DNA of 64,000 bases from Candidatus Latescibacterota bacterium (GTDB lineage: Bacteria; Latescibacterota; UBA2968): positions 64,001-128,000 of the forward strand of contig OZ242320.1 of assembly GCA_965208125.1 (NCBI GenBank). The letters are read 5' to 3'. The notes beneath the pieces are model-generated. The model worked only from the letters and a program-made list of their open reading frames with translations. It had not been told where the DNA came from and searched no databases. This document shows positions 1 through 9,419 of the stretch, piece by piece (the stretch's first letter is position 1; the number at the start of each line of letters is the position of its first letter). A program made the position numbers and the translations under genes.

Positions 1-350
1 ATATCGGCAATATGTTTCACAGCAACATCGGGCAGTGGTGCGCGTCCCAAATTGGTGTGCAGAATAACCCCGGTCGCGTTCACAACACGCCTGAGATTTG
101 GCGCAAGCCGGTCAGCCAATTGGCTCTGCACATCTCCAACAATCCATTCGGTCAACGCCTCACGCGATGCCCCCACCACCTCGCCATCGCGCATCATCCT
201 TCGCACGCGGTCTATCGCCTGCCGAATCATATCGGTCAAAACAGATGTCCCACACCTCTCTGACAGCACCTGTATTGCACGATCATTGAGCACCCGATCC
301 ACACCGGGAATAATTGAATAATCTATAATTTTTTTTAAATTACCATCCAT
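1..350 (-). CDS. selA: L-seryl-tRNA(Sec) selenium transferase, 5' part (runs off window)
   Basis: Not in ORF track; manual translation from ATG at 350: MDGNLKKIIDYSIIPGVDRVL...LRRVVNATGVILHTNLGRAPL, the SelA signature. Confidence 0.93.
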   Translation of the reverse strand, partial: MDGNLKKIIDYSIIPGVDRVLNDRAIQVLSERCGTSVLTDMIRQAIDRVRRMMRDGEVVGASREALTEWIVGDVQSQLADRLAPNLRRVVNATGVILHTNLGRAPLPDVAVKHIAD

Positions 351-361
351 ATTTCACTGCC

Positions 362-1987
362 CTACGGCACAATCTTAAACACTATCTCTTGCTTCACATC
401 GCGGTCCGCCAGCAAATCCGTCACTTTGACGCGGACCTCTTGACCGCCCGGCTCGGCGTCTTTCAAATCCAATTCGACATACGCCATATCCTCTGTGGTA
501 TCACCCGATTGCTCATAAGAAATCACCACTTCCCGGCGCTTCTCTTGCAAGCGCAACATACGGCCCAACCCGCGCAGCGCGCGAATCGGCGCTAATCCTT
601 TTTCCTGAGCGCGAAAAGAATAATCCACGCGATATCTCGTCCGCCCAAATTCATTGCGTTTCAAATTGTACACTTCAAAATAGACAAATGCATTTTGATC
701 CGGGCGAAACGCCTTTGATGCCATTGGAATAATTTTTAATCCGCGTTTCTGAAACGGACCTTGCTCTTCACTTGGTCCAACAAAAAATGCAAGGGCAATA
801 TCGCTCATCAGAAGATCATCGCGCTGCGAAAAATCTGCTACGGCCAGTGATTGCTGATACACCTGCGATTTCCCCGACACCACATCGCGGACCTGAAAAG
901 AAAGATAGTGCAGCCCCGCTTCAACCTCGAAAGCGAGCACGCCCGGAATAAACGCCCCATCCAACACTTGCTGGTCTGAAGGCGCCTGAAAAGTCAATTG
1001 GTCCTGTACGCGATAGACCTCTGTCCACAGGCTATCAAACATCGCAAGACCGCGGTCCAGCATCACCCGATCGGTATTGTCATCAACGGGCAACCGCGCC
1101 ATTTCCGCAGCCGGCAATCCATAGTAGATCTCCAGCCGCGTTGCGCCATCTTCACCGCGAAATCCAGCGGGAAAATAATAAAAATCAACGGGAAGCTCGG
1201 CAATATCTGCATCGTAAACAGAGGGCTGATGCGCTGCCACTTGCCGCAAAACCACCTCGCTTTGATACGCCAGTAAATCCGTTGTTAGTGACAGACTCAA
1301 ACCCTCGGGCATCGGTGCAAAGTCATACCTGTTCCCCTTGCCTCGGCGCACAAAATCGAACTCTGTACCCCCCTCCAGATCCGCATATACCCAATACTCC
1401 CACCACGACATTGCTGGCACGGGAAAAATGGGTTGCCCTGGTCTGATCCTCAGAGCAATGCGTCTGCGATTCACGTAATTTTGCCGCGCATCCTGTATCT
1501 CTCGATCTATTTCATTTTGAATATCGCCCGACTTGCTCGTGTGATCGGGTTTGCCAAACCGCACATAAACCTCGCCCCGATCATCCCACGGGAACTGTCC
1601 CTGACCGTAATATCGGCGCGCATACGCCACACGTCGATAATGCTCAATAAGCCGCTCATTGGCCTTTGTCAACGGCGAGGGATCCAGGCGTCGCCAAAAG
1701 CGACCAATCAACTCAGCACGTTTTTTTCTATCTGCATCCCGGTAAATTTCCAGATCTTCGGGTAATGCCACCTGCGCCAAATCGCGATAGAGCACCTGCT
1801 CTTCTTCTGACAATTCTTTGATATATTCTTCAAACAGCGCCTGCGCCTGCGCATAGTCTCGAACGGACTGTGCCCGAACCGCCTGTACCAACAGCGGATT
1901 GTCAAAATCGCCCTCCTGCGCCCAAAGCGTTGTGCTCAACACACACACCATCAGAAAACCCGTCAATATCGCATGCATAACAACCAC
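362..1987 (-). CDS. GWxTD-domain secreted protein
   Basis: Signal peptide; FWRRLDPSP..NERLIEHYRRVAYA..(FPW)DDRGEVYVRFGKPD matches the GWxTD domain; beta-rich C-terminus. Confidence 0.85.
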   Translation of the reverse strand: MVVMHAILTGFLMVCVLSTTLWAQEGDFDNPLLVQAVRAQSVRDYAQAQALFEEYIKELSEEEQVLYRDLAQVALPEDLEIYRDADRKKRAELIGRFWRRLDPSPLTKANERLIEHYRRVAYARRYYGQGQFPWDDRGEVYVRFGKPDHTSKSGDIQNEIDREIQDARQNYVNRRRIALRIRPGQPIFPVPAMSWWEYWVYADLEGGTEFDFVRRGKGNRYDFAPMPEGLSLSLTTDLLAYQSEVVLRQVAAHQPSVYDADIAELPVDFYYFPAGFRGEDGATRLEIYYGLPAAEMARLPVDDNTDRVMLDRGLAMFDSLWTEVYRVQDQLTFQAPSDQQVLDGAFIPGVLAFEVEAGLHYLSFQVRDVVSGKSQVYQQSLAVADFSQRDDLLMSDIALAFFVGPSEEQGPFQKRGLKIIPMASKAFRPDQNAFVYFEVYNLKRNEFGRTRYRVDYSFRAQEKGLAPIRALRGLGRMLRLQEKRREVVISYEQSGDTTEDMAYVELDLKDAEPGGQEVRVKVTDLLADRDVKQEIVFKIVP

Positions 1988-2067
1988 CTTGTGAAATGTA
2001 GGTATGCCTTATAAATCAAATCTACCCGATAATCCCCCGACTCGCAAAGAAAATTTCTCCTCATTTA

Positions 2068-2096
2068 TTGACAAGCAACACGCCTGCATGTATCTT
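2068..2096 (+). promoter_or_regulatory. sigma70-type promoter of fbaB
   Basis: TTGACA-17 bp-TATCTT. Confidence 0.6.
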
Positions 2097-2205
2097 TTTC
2101 ACCTATTTTTAGAAAAATCAACGCGCTCTCGCAAAACTTTTACAATCCTGCTAACCTCGCATTTGTGATACGGGTTCCAATTTAATTTTTCAGAAGGAGT
2201 TCTCC

Positions 2206-3279
2206 ATGGCAGTTGCTGTTCAAAGTGGCATTGACAAAATCGCAGACTACCTCGGCAATGACGCCGACGACTTACTCGATTATGAAGCACTGATCGACAA
2301 AAATTTTCTCACACTGCCGGGTCCCGACTTTATCGACCGGGTCTTTGCAGACTCCGACCGCACCATTCCCGTACTCAATAACCTGCAACGCCTCTACGGT
2401 GCGGGGCGGCTCTCGGGCACCGGGTATATTTCCATTCTCCCAATTGATCAGGGCATCGAACACTCCGGCGGCGCCTCCTTTGCTCCCAACCCCATCTACT
2501 TTGACCCCGAAAACATCGTCAAACTCGCCATTGAAGGGGGTTGTAATGCCGTGGCAACCACACTGGGCGTACTCGGGATGGTCGCCCGCCAATACGCCCA
2601 TAAAATCCCCTTTATCCTCAAATTTAACCACAATCAACTGCTCACGTATCCATCCCAATACGACCAGGTCATCTTTGGACAAGTCGAACAAGCCTGGGAA
2701 ATGGGATGCGCAGGCGTAGGAGCCACCATTTATTTTGGCTCGCCCGAATCCAACCGGCAAATCGTCGAAATCAGCGAAGCATTTGCCCGCGCACACGAAC
2801 TGGGGCTCTTTACCGTACTGTGGTGCTATTTGCGCAACTCGGCATTTGCGACCGACAACATCGACTACCACGAAGCCGCGGACCTCACGGGACAGGCCAA
2901 CCACCTCGGTGTCACCATTGGCGCAGACATCATCAAACAAAAATTGCCGACCAACAACAACGGTTATATAGCCCTGAATTTTGGACGCACCCACGACAAA
3001 GTCTATACCGAACTCTCGTCTGATCACCCCATTGACCTGTGCCGCTATCAGGTCGTCAATTGTTACATGGGCAAAGCCGGACTGATCAATTCCGGAGGCG
3101 CATCCTCAGGTGCCAGCGATTACGCCGAAGCCGTGCGAACCGCTGTGATCAACAAACGCGCCGGAGGCACCGGCCTCATCTCTGGGCGCAAGGCATTTCA
3201 ACGCCCCATGCACGAAGGCATTCAATTGCTCAACGACATACAAGACGTCTATCTCTGCCCCGACGTGACCATCGCCTGA
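2206..3279 (+). CDS. fbaB: class I fructose-bisphosphate aldolase (DhnA/FbaB)
   Basis: [46 protein letters not shown]; AAGGAG RBS. Confidence 0.95.
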   Translation: MAVAVQSGIDKIADYLGNDADDLLDYEALIDKNFLTLPGPDFIDRVFADSDRTIPVLNNLQRLYGAGRLSGTGYISILPIDQGIEHSGGASFAPNPIYFDPENIVKLAIEGGCNAVATTLGVLGMVARQYAHKIPFILKFNHNQLLTYPSQYDQVIFGQVEQAWEMGCAGVGATIYFGSPESNRQIVEISEAFARAHELGLFTVLWCYLRNSAFATDNIDYHEAADLTGQANHLGVTIGADIIKQKLPTNNNGYIALNFGRTHDKVYTELSSDHPIDLCRYQVVNCYMGKAGLINSGGASSGASDYAEAVRTAVINKRAGGTGLISGRKAFQRPMHEGIQLLNDIQDVYLCPDVTIA

Positions 3280-3290
3280 TTCGCACACAT

Positions 3291-3332
3291 AAAAAAAGCG
3301 GAGCTTTCGATCTATCGAAGGCTCCGCTTTTT
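3291..3332. terminator. bidirectional intrinsic terminator
   Basis: A-tract GCGGAGCTTTCGA..TCGAAGGCTCCGC T-tract between convergent genes. Confidence 0.85.
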
Positions 3333-3351
3333 GTTTTATCTTCTCGGGCTC

Positions 3352-3789
3352 TCATTCAACCAACTTTTCACCGTCGAAAATCATTTTATCCTTTTCGTAA
3401 ATCGCGCCCGTTTCTTCATCCAACTCGTACTTCATCAACTGCCCCATAGACATGTGGTTAAACACCTCTTTGGGATCGCCGTATTTTTCCAGCAATTTCT
3501 CAATTGGACCTTCAAACTCATAGGTCCGGCGTTTGGGCCGTTCGCGCGCTCTGCGCTCTGACTCTTCCTTGCTCAAAATGGGCAATCGCTCGGCAGTGGG
3601 ACCTAATCTGCTCGCGTATTCCTGTCGCCTGCGGTACTGATCGTGCCGCTTTTCAACCTCATCTTTGGCCTCTTCTCGCTCCCTGGCGCTGAGCAGATCT
3701 TCTGCCCGTTCTGACCACTTTTCCCGCTCGCGCTCACGCACATCATCGCGGCCCACTTTTCGCATAATATCTCGCAGTGAATCACTCAT
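3352..3789 (-). CDS. hypothetical charged helical protein
   Basis: 145 aa E/R-rich ORF ending at the terminator; no motif recognised. Confidence 0.7.
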   Translation of the reverse strand: MSDSLRDIMRKVGRDDVREREREKWSERAEDLLSAREREEAKDEVEKRHDQYRRRQEYASRLGPTAERLPILSKEESERRARERPKRRTYEFEGPIEKLLEKYGDPKEVFNHMSMGQLMKYELDEETGAIYEKDKMIFDGEKLVE

Positions 3790-3958
3790 CTCTCAAACCC
3801 TCCAAAGCCAGATAAATTTAAGACTATCGAGTGACTCAAAAATAACGCACCACATCCCGCTTGTCAAAAGGAAATTCTTATTTTTTAAAACGTCAAGGTT
3901 GACGCAGGTCCTCTTTACATACATATTGCAGTCATGCACACCCTGCGAAAGGAAATAT

Positions 3959-4744
3959 ATGTCCAATCTGGAACGACTGATCAACATCATGGCGCGCTTG
4001 AGGGGACCTTCGGGCTGCCCGTGGGACAAAGAGCAAACGCACCAGAGCCTGAAACCCTACCTCATTGAAGAAGCCTATGAACTCCTCGAGGCGATTGACG
4101 ACAATGACAATAGCGAAATCAAAGAAGAACTGGGAGATCTTTTGTTGCAAGTCGTCTTCCACGCGCAAATTGCCAGCGAAGAAAACCGATTTACCATAGA
4201 CGATGTGGCCGAAGCCATCGCCGACAAACTCATCCGTCGTCATCCGCATGTTTTTGGCGACACACAAGCCGATACACCCGAAGAAGTAATCAAAAATTGG
4301 GAAGCCATCAAAGCCGAAGAAAAACCCGACAAAAAAGCCTCTCTACTCGACGGCGCACCGCAACATCTGCCGGCATTATTGAGAGCGCGCAGACTTCAGG
4401 AAAAAGCCGCGCGAGTGGGATTTGAATGGGAACACATAGCCGATGTGGCTCAAAAAGTGTGGGAAGAAACAGAAGAATTGATGCACGCACGAGAAAGCGG
4501 CGCAACAGAAAAGATCCGGGAAGAATTTGGAGACTTGCTATTTGCCCTGGTCAATCTCGCTCGATTTCTCAAAATATGCCCCGAAGAAGCACTCATACAA
4601 ACCAACAGAAAATTTCAATCGCGCTTTCAGTACATCGAAACCGAACTGTGCAAGCAGGGCAAAACACCTGATGACGCTACGCTTGAAGAAATGGACGCGC
4701 TTTGGGAAGCAGCAAAAAAAGAGAATCAGCCCCAAAAATCGTAG
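3959..4744 (+). CDS. mazG: nucleoside triphosphate pyrophosphohydrolase MazG (tandem domain)
   Basis: LRGPSGCPWDKEQT, EELGDLLLQVVFH, RRHPHVFG, second EEFGDLLF; start reassigned to ATG 3959. Confidence 0.95.
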   Translation: MSNLERLINIMARLRGPSGCPWDKEQTHQSLKPYLIEEAYELLEAIDDNDNSEIKEELGDLLLQVVFHAQIASEENRFTIDDVAEAIADKLIRRHPHVFGDTQADTPEEVIKNWEAIKAEEKPDKKASLLDGAPQHLPALLRARRLQEKAARVGFEWEHIADVAQKVWEETEELMHARESGATEKIREEFGDLLFALVNLARFLKICPEEALIQTNRKFQSRFQYIETELCKQGKTPDDATLEEMDALWEAAKKENQPQKS

Positions 4745-5238
4745 TGTGCAGACAATTCTAAAACCGGAATGGGAGCAGATTCCCAATCGTCAATCCAGCA
4801 AATAATACTATCACAGGCCATATAATCGAGATTTTCGCGCTCGAAATCACTGCTGCGCAACACAGCATGCGCTCGAACCGGCAATTCATTACTCGACAGA
4901 ATATAATTGGGAAATGCCTCCTGGGATTTGAGCACCTCAAATCCCAACTTGTCGTAAACCCGAATAAACAACTCGCGGACATTGGTCGCATTTCGCACAG
5001 CCGGATACGTCAAAAGTGGTTCTCGACTGACAGGCGCCAGTTGTTTTCCAATGACATCAAGCGTACTCTGGGGAACCGTAATCGGTTTCGCTTTTTTGCG
5101 CTCCAATTCAGCTTCGACCCGCTTGAGCGTCAATTCGGCTACCTCTTTGGAGTCGCTAATCGACTTCCGCACGCGCTTGCCCTCTTCATCGTAGTACCCG
5201 ATCCACCATTTCTTTCCCCGCTGAAAAAGCCACGCCAT
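4726..5238 (-). CDS. integrase arm-type DNA-binding domain fused to degenerate PD-(D/E)XK-like domain
   Basis: N-term MAWLFQRGKKWWIGYYDEEGKRVRKS..KEVAELTLKRVEAEL; C-term LGFEV..FPN..VRAHAVLRSSDF..CDSIICWIDDW..PVLEL. Confidence 0.7.
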   Translation of the reverse strand: MAWLFQRGKKWWIGYYDEEGKRVRKSISDSKEVAELTLKRVEAELERKKAKPITVPQSTLDVIGKQLAPVSREPLLTYPAVRNATNVRELFIRVYDKLGFEVLKSQEAFPNYILSSNELPVRAHAVLRSSDFERENLDYMACDSIICWIDDWESAPIPVLELSAHYDFWG

Positions 5239-5278
5239 AGTGTGCCCCCGCCGCAAAACGCCAGTGTGTCTTACATCA

Positions 5279-5486
5279 TAGCCACAAAAAACGAGAAAAC
5301 CAATTTTCCATCAATGCTACACAATATATTGTATATTGATCTAAAAATAAAGCACAATATATAGACCAAAAAGAACAAAATGTGGCTATTAGCCACAAAA
5401 TATCCATCAAATAATAATCTAAGCCACACTTTTACGCAACAAAAAAGGCGGGCCTTTCGAGCCTGCCTTTTTTTAGTTTTGCCACA
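5279..5486. repeat. TAGCCACA-type repeats including palindrome TGTGGCTA-T-TAGCCACA
   Basis: Palindrome 5381-5397; half-sites 5279-5286, 5421-5428, 5479-5486. Confidence 0.7.
5441..5474. terminator. terminator-like hairpin between divergent genes
   Basis: AAAAAAGGCGGGC-loop-GCCTGCCTTTTTTT. Confidence 0.7.
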
Positions 5487-5504
5487 GTTAAATTTTCTCT
5501 TTTG

Positions 5505-5528
5505 ATATATGTCATATTTGACATATAT
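5505..5528. promoter_or_regulatory. probable toxin-antitoxin operator
   Basis: Perfect inverted repeat ATATATGTCA-TATT-TGACATATAT just upstream of toxin ATG. Confidence 0.75.
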
Positions 5529-5535
5529 TCCTTTT

Positions 5536-5871
5536 ATGAGTCTTTCTGACAAATCTCTGGTATGGCTTCACGGACAAATCAAGACACCCCCATTTTCTCC
5601 AGCGGCGAGAATCGAAGCGGGTTTCCTTCTTCGTAATCTTCAAGCCGGTGAATTACTTTCAATGCCTCAAGCCAGACCAATGCCCTCTATTGGAAGGCAT
5701 TGTTACGAATTGAGAATTCGAGATCAAAATGAGACCTGGCGAATCATCTATCGCATTGATTCGGATGCCATCGTCATAGCAGAAGTTTTTAAAAAAAGGA
5801 CTCGTCAGACGCCCAAAAGAATCATTGATATTTGTAAGAGACGGCTACAACACTACGATTCGATAGGATGA
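5536..5871 (+). CDS. RelE/ParE-superfamily (HigB/Gp49-like) toxin
   Basis: KTPPFS..ARIEAGFLLR.LQ.GE.LSMP.ARPMPSIG..CYELRIRD..WRIIYRID..VFKK. Confidence 0.88.
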   Translation: MSLSDKSLVWLHGQIKTPPFSPAARIEAGFLLRNLQAGELLSMPQARPMPSIGRHCYELRIRDQNETWRIIYRIDSDAIVIAEVFKKRTRQTPKRIIDICKRRLQHYDSIG

Positions 5872-5874
5872 CCC

Positions 5875-6189
5875 ATGAACACAAAAAAGAAAAAACTTCT
5901 CGAGGCTGCCGGATGGCGTGTGGGTTCAACAGACGATTTCCTGAACCTGACCGCCGAAGAAGCCGCCTATATTGACCTCAAAATCACGTTGAGCAAGAAA
6001 GTGCGTCAATGCCGTGAGCGAGAAAATTTGACCCAAACACAACTGGCCGAATGTCTCAAATCCAGTCAATCTCGCGTTGCCAAAATCGAAGCGGGCGATC
6101 CCTCTGTTTCTGTAGATCTATTAGTTCGATCCCTCTTCGCGCTTGGGGTCACCAAATCCGATCTCGCCAAAATGCTCGTATCGCAATAG
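5875..6189 (+). CDS. XRE-family HTH antitoxin (HigA-like)
   Basis: LTQTQLAECLKSSQSRVAKIEAGDPSVSVDLL; 3 bp after the toxin. Confidence 0.88.
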   Translation: MNTKKKKLLEAAGWRVGSTDDFLNLTAEEAAYIDLKITLSKKVRQCRERENLTQTQLAECLKSSQSRVAKIEAGDPSVSVDLLVRSLFALGVTKSDLAKMLVSQ

Positions 6190-6298
6190 ACTGGTCGCCC
6201 AGGGCCGATTCACTGGCATGATGGCCCCCGTATAGGCCCCGTAATGATTCTATACGGCAAGCTGCGTCAATCACAGGCTTGAAACCCAAGCCCTAAAA

Positions 6299-6324
6299 CT
6301 CTCCACCGAAGCGGGGTAACTCCA
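6299..6324 (+). mobile_element. IS3-family terminal inverted repeat remnant
   Basis: Reverse complement TGGAGTTACCCCGCTTCGGTGGAGAG resembles IS3-group ends (TG..ACCC..GTGGA); no transposase or partner end seen. Confidence 0.6.
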
Positions 6325-6325
6325 C

Positions 6326-8461
6326 TTAGGCCCCGAGCAAGACTTTGCTATCGACAACTGTCTTTCTATCTACGAGGACCACGAGGGGTATTTGTGGTTT
6401 GGCGGCGGCACTGGCCTGTTCCGCTACGATGGACAAAAAATAGAAAAAACGGAAATAGCGACAGGCTTAGGCGAAAAGAGTATCAGCACAATTACCCAGG
6501 ACGCACAGGGACAATTCCTTTTTGGTCATTGGGAAAGCGGCACGCCAATAAATAGAGAAGATTTTCTTATCAGTCCATTAAAGCTCATTTACCAGCAAGG
6601 AGAGCAGTTCCAAACCATTTTTGTGGAGAAAGAAAAAAAAGATGCTTTTAGTCACATTAGTCGCATCGGTACTGTGATTGTCGGACGCACGGGCGAGGTC
6701 TGGTTCCATCTGGCCTACCATAATTTCTCCGACACCGACAAGGGCTTCGCGCGCTGGCATCCCAAAGATGGGCTCAAATTTTATGGACTTGAAGATGGGC
6801 TGATAGACGATAGGGTCACCGATCTTTTGGAAGACCATCAGGGAAACCTGTGGATCGCTACTCAGAGTGGTCTGGCTTGCTTTGATGGTAGCAACTTTCA
6901 GGCCTTCACGATTGAAGATGGCTTGCCGAACAATCGCATCCGTTGTCTGTTCGAGGATTCGCGAGGACACCTCTGGCTCGGTACAGACGGGGGTGTGGTT
7001 CACTACGATGGTCAGCATTTCCAAACGATCAAGTCACCGTACATAGGACTGGTTTGCAAGATACTCGAAGATCGCGATGGAAATTTCTGGTTTGGCACTG
7101 CGCTGGGTTCTATCATACGCTACCGTCAGCGGCAAACGCCGCCACAGATTCGCCTGCTTCGGGTGATTGCCGATAAGGTCTATGAGAACTCGAAGGAAGT
7201 CATTGTATCCACGGCAGGACAGCAGGTGATTTTCGAGTACAAAGGCATGAGTTTTTCCACCCATCCCCGCGACATGCTCTATGTTTACTGCCTGAAGGGA
7301 CACGATTCTGACTGGCAGCCTGCGGCGCGAAAGATGAGGGCACATTATCGAAACCTACCACCTGGAGACTACACCTTTCAGGTCAGAGCGATAGATCACG
7401 ACCTCAATGATTCGGAGGTAGCGCAGGTGCGACTCTCGTTAGAGCCTGACCCACGTATCGAAGCATTTACGGACGTAATCAACCGTCGTGGAAGCCAAAA
7501 GTTTATTGGTCACAGCGCGGCACTGCGCCAGTTTCAAATCAACCTTGAAAAAATTGCATCTACCAATATAACCGTGTTGATTCTGGGCGAAACGGGTGTG
7601 GGCAAGGGACTGGCAACACGGGCGCTACATGCGCTGAGTACCCATAGCGAGGGGCCTTTTATAGAGGTCAGTTGCGGCGCACTGCCCGAGGCATTGATCG
7701 ATAGCGAACTTTTTGGTCACGAGAGAGGGGCGTTTACCACTGCAGTTTCCCACAGATTGGGCAGGGTGGAACTGGCGAAGGGTGGCACACTCTTTTTAGA
7801 TGAGATTGGCGATATGGCTCTTGAAACGCAGGTCAAGCTGTTGCGCTTGCTGGAAGAGGGCACATTTGAGCGCGTTGGGAGCAGCGAGACACTGACGGCG
7901 CAGACGCGCATTGTGGCAGCGACCAATCGCGACTTAAAGGAGATGGTCAGCACAGGTGATTTTCGCGAGGATCTCTATTACCGTCTCAATGCCTTTCTGA
8001 TGTATTTGCCACCGCTGCGCGAGCGCAAAGAGGATATACCGGAGTTGGCCGAGTATTTCAAGGATCGCCTATCAGCACATATAGGCAAGCAAATAGACCC
8101 CTTGGCACCAGAAATTATCGAAGTATTGCAAGCCTACGATTGGCCTGGGAACGTGCGTGAATTAGAGCATACCATACAGCGGGCAGTCATCTTGTGTCCT
8201 GATTCTCAAATCGGAGTGGAGGATCTGGGACTGTATGGTTCCCGAATCAACGATAGGGAGCAACGGGCCTTATCCGCTTCTCAAGACCGCCCAATAGTGC
8301 CCTTGAATGAATTTGAACGCCGCTACATCCTCGACGTGCTCAAAACCACTAAATATCAGATAAAGGGTCCTGAAGGCGCGGCGACATTGCTGGGAGTACC
8401 GCCTTCTACCCTGTATGGAAAAATGAAAAAACTGGGCATCAAAAATCGAAAATCAAAGTAG
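6326..8461 (+). pseudogene. 5'-truncated sigma54 activator: Reg_prop beta-propeller repeats + Y_Y_Y + AAA+ + HTH
   Basis: LLEDHQGNLWIAT-type repeats, YRNLPPGDYTFQVRA, GETGVGKG, GAFTTA, LFLDEIG, WPGNVREL; propeller frame continues upstream of TTG 6392 to the IS end, no RBS seen. Confidence 0.7.
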
Positions 8462-8462
8462 A

Positions 8463-9419
8463 TTATATATTATCGCGAATCTTTTCCCAAACAGTCGCCG
8501 CGGCGTGGACATCTTGAATCGCCAGACCGCTCGAATACGCAATACATCCCTGTCCGCGCAAATGTTCTAAATGTCCCAATGCTGCATGCCCGATATTTAA
8601 TATCTCATCCCCCTCGCCTTTTACCCAGCGGGGCGTCTCATCTCTCTGGCACAACGCGAGAAACTCGCCCGACTTCAACACCTGCTCGCCGTGATCGGGC
8701 ACCACAAATCGCCGCGTCAACAATCCCGGATCCAATTGCGTGGAACGCCCATCGCCTCCAATCACAGAAATATGCACATGGCTTTTCACATCGAATAAAA
8801 TCGGCTCAGGCGTCGGCACAGAAGTAAAAATGGCATCTGCCCCATCAATACAGGTCTCAATATCCGCGACCACTTCCAGGTCACAGGCAATATCCTCTCC
8901 AACATCTGCTGCATACGCCGCACGCCTCTCTGCTGTCCTGCTCGTTACGCGTATGGTCTCTGGCGCCAGAGCCACATCGATACACCTGCCCATTGCCTGT
9001 GCAATGCGCCCCGTCCCCAGAATCGCCGCCGTGCGTACAGGCGACTTCGCCAAATACTTCGCGCCCAACGCGCCCGCCGCACCCGTACGCATATTGGTAA
9101 TACGCTCGGCATCAAACGCAATACGGTCGCCCCTCCGCACATCCTCCAACTCGATCACAGCAGTTCTCGAACCCAACCTCCCCATCTTGACATCCGAACG
9201 CTCTTCGATAACCTTTTGCCCAGTAAATCTCCCCTTCCACCAGCCCGGCATCACCAGACGAAAAAGATCCATCTCACCCTCGCGCGAAACTTCCTCTTTG
9301 CGCAGCGGACTGACCATTTTTCCAAGACCATAAAGCCGAAACGCCTCGTCGCAACTCTCGACAAAATCCCGCGTTGTCATCACCGAAGCGATTTGCTCAT
9401 CTGAAATATACTGTCTCAT
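8463..9419 (-). CDS. ornithine cyclodeaminase/mu-crystallin family protein
   Basis: ITNMRTGAAGALGAKYLA, ILGTGRIA, SSGLAIQD. Confidence 0.85.
   Translation of the reverse strand: MRQYISDEQIASVMTTRDFVESCDEAFRLYGLGKMVSPLRKEEVSREGEMDLFRLVMPGWWKGRFTGQKVIEERSDVKMGRLGSRTAVIELEDVRRGDRIAFDAERITNMRTGAAGALGAKYLAKSPVRTAAILGTGRIAQAMGRCIDVALAPETIRVTSRTAERRAAYAADVGEDIACDLEVVADIETCIDGADAIFTSVPTPEPILFDVKSHVHISVIGGDGRSTQLDPGLLTRRFVVPDHGEQVLKSGEFLALCQRDETPRWVKGEGDEILNIGHAALGHLEHLRGQGCIAYSSGLAIQDVHAAATVWEKIRDNI

Noticed and set aside
1-2200. tRNA-Sec or selenoprotein genes near selA
   Set aside because: No tRNA cloverleaf and no gene interrupted by an in-frame TGA noticed; the rest of the sel locus may lie outside the window
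3665-3958. N-terminal extensions in the ORF track (mazG, dppA 30355, dapB 46360, hrcA 52940, mraZ 62605, 49994)
   Set aside because: They overlap other genes, promoters or repeats; downstream ATGs fit family starts better
3959-4744. MazG as an anti-phage or abortive-infection effector
   Set aside because: Ordinary tandem-domain housekeeping MazG with no MazEF or fused effector
4726-6324. Intact prophage or integrative element
   Set aside because: No catalytic integrase, tRNA/att duplication, or phage/conjugation genes seen
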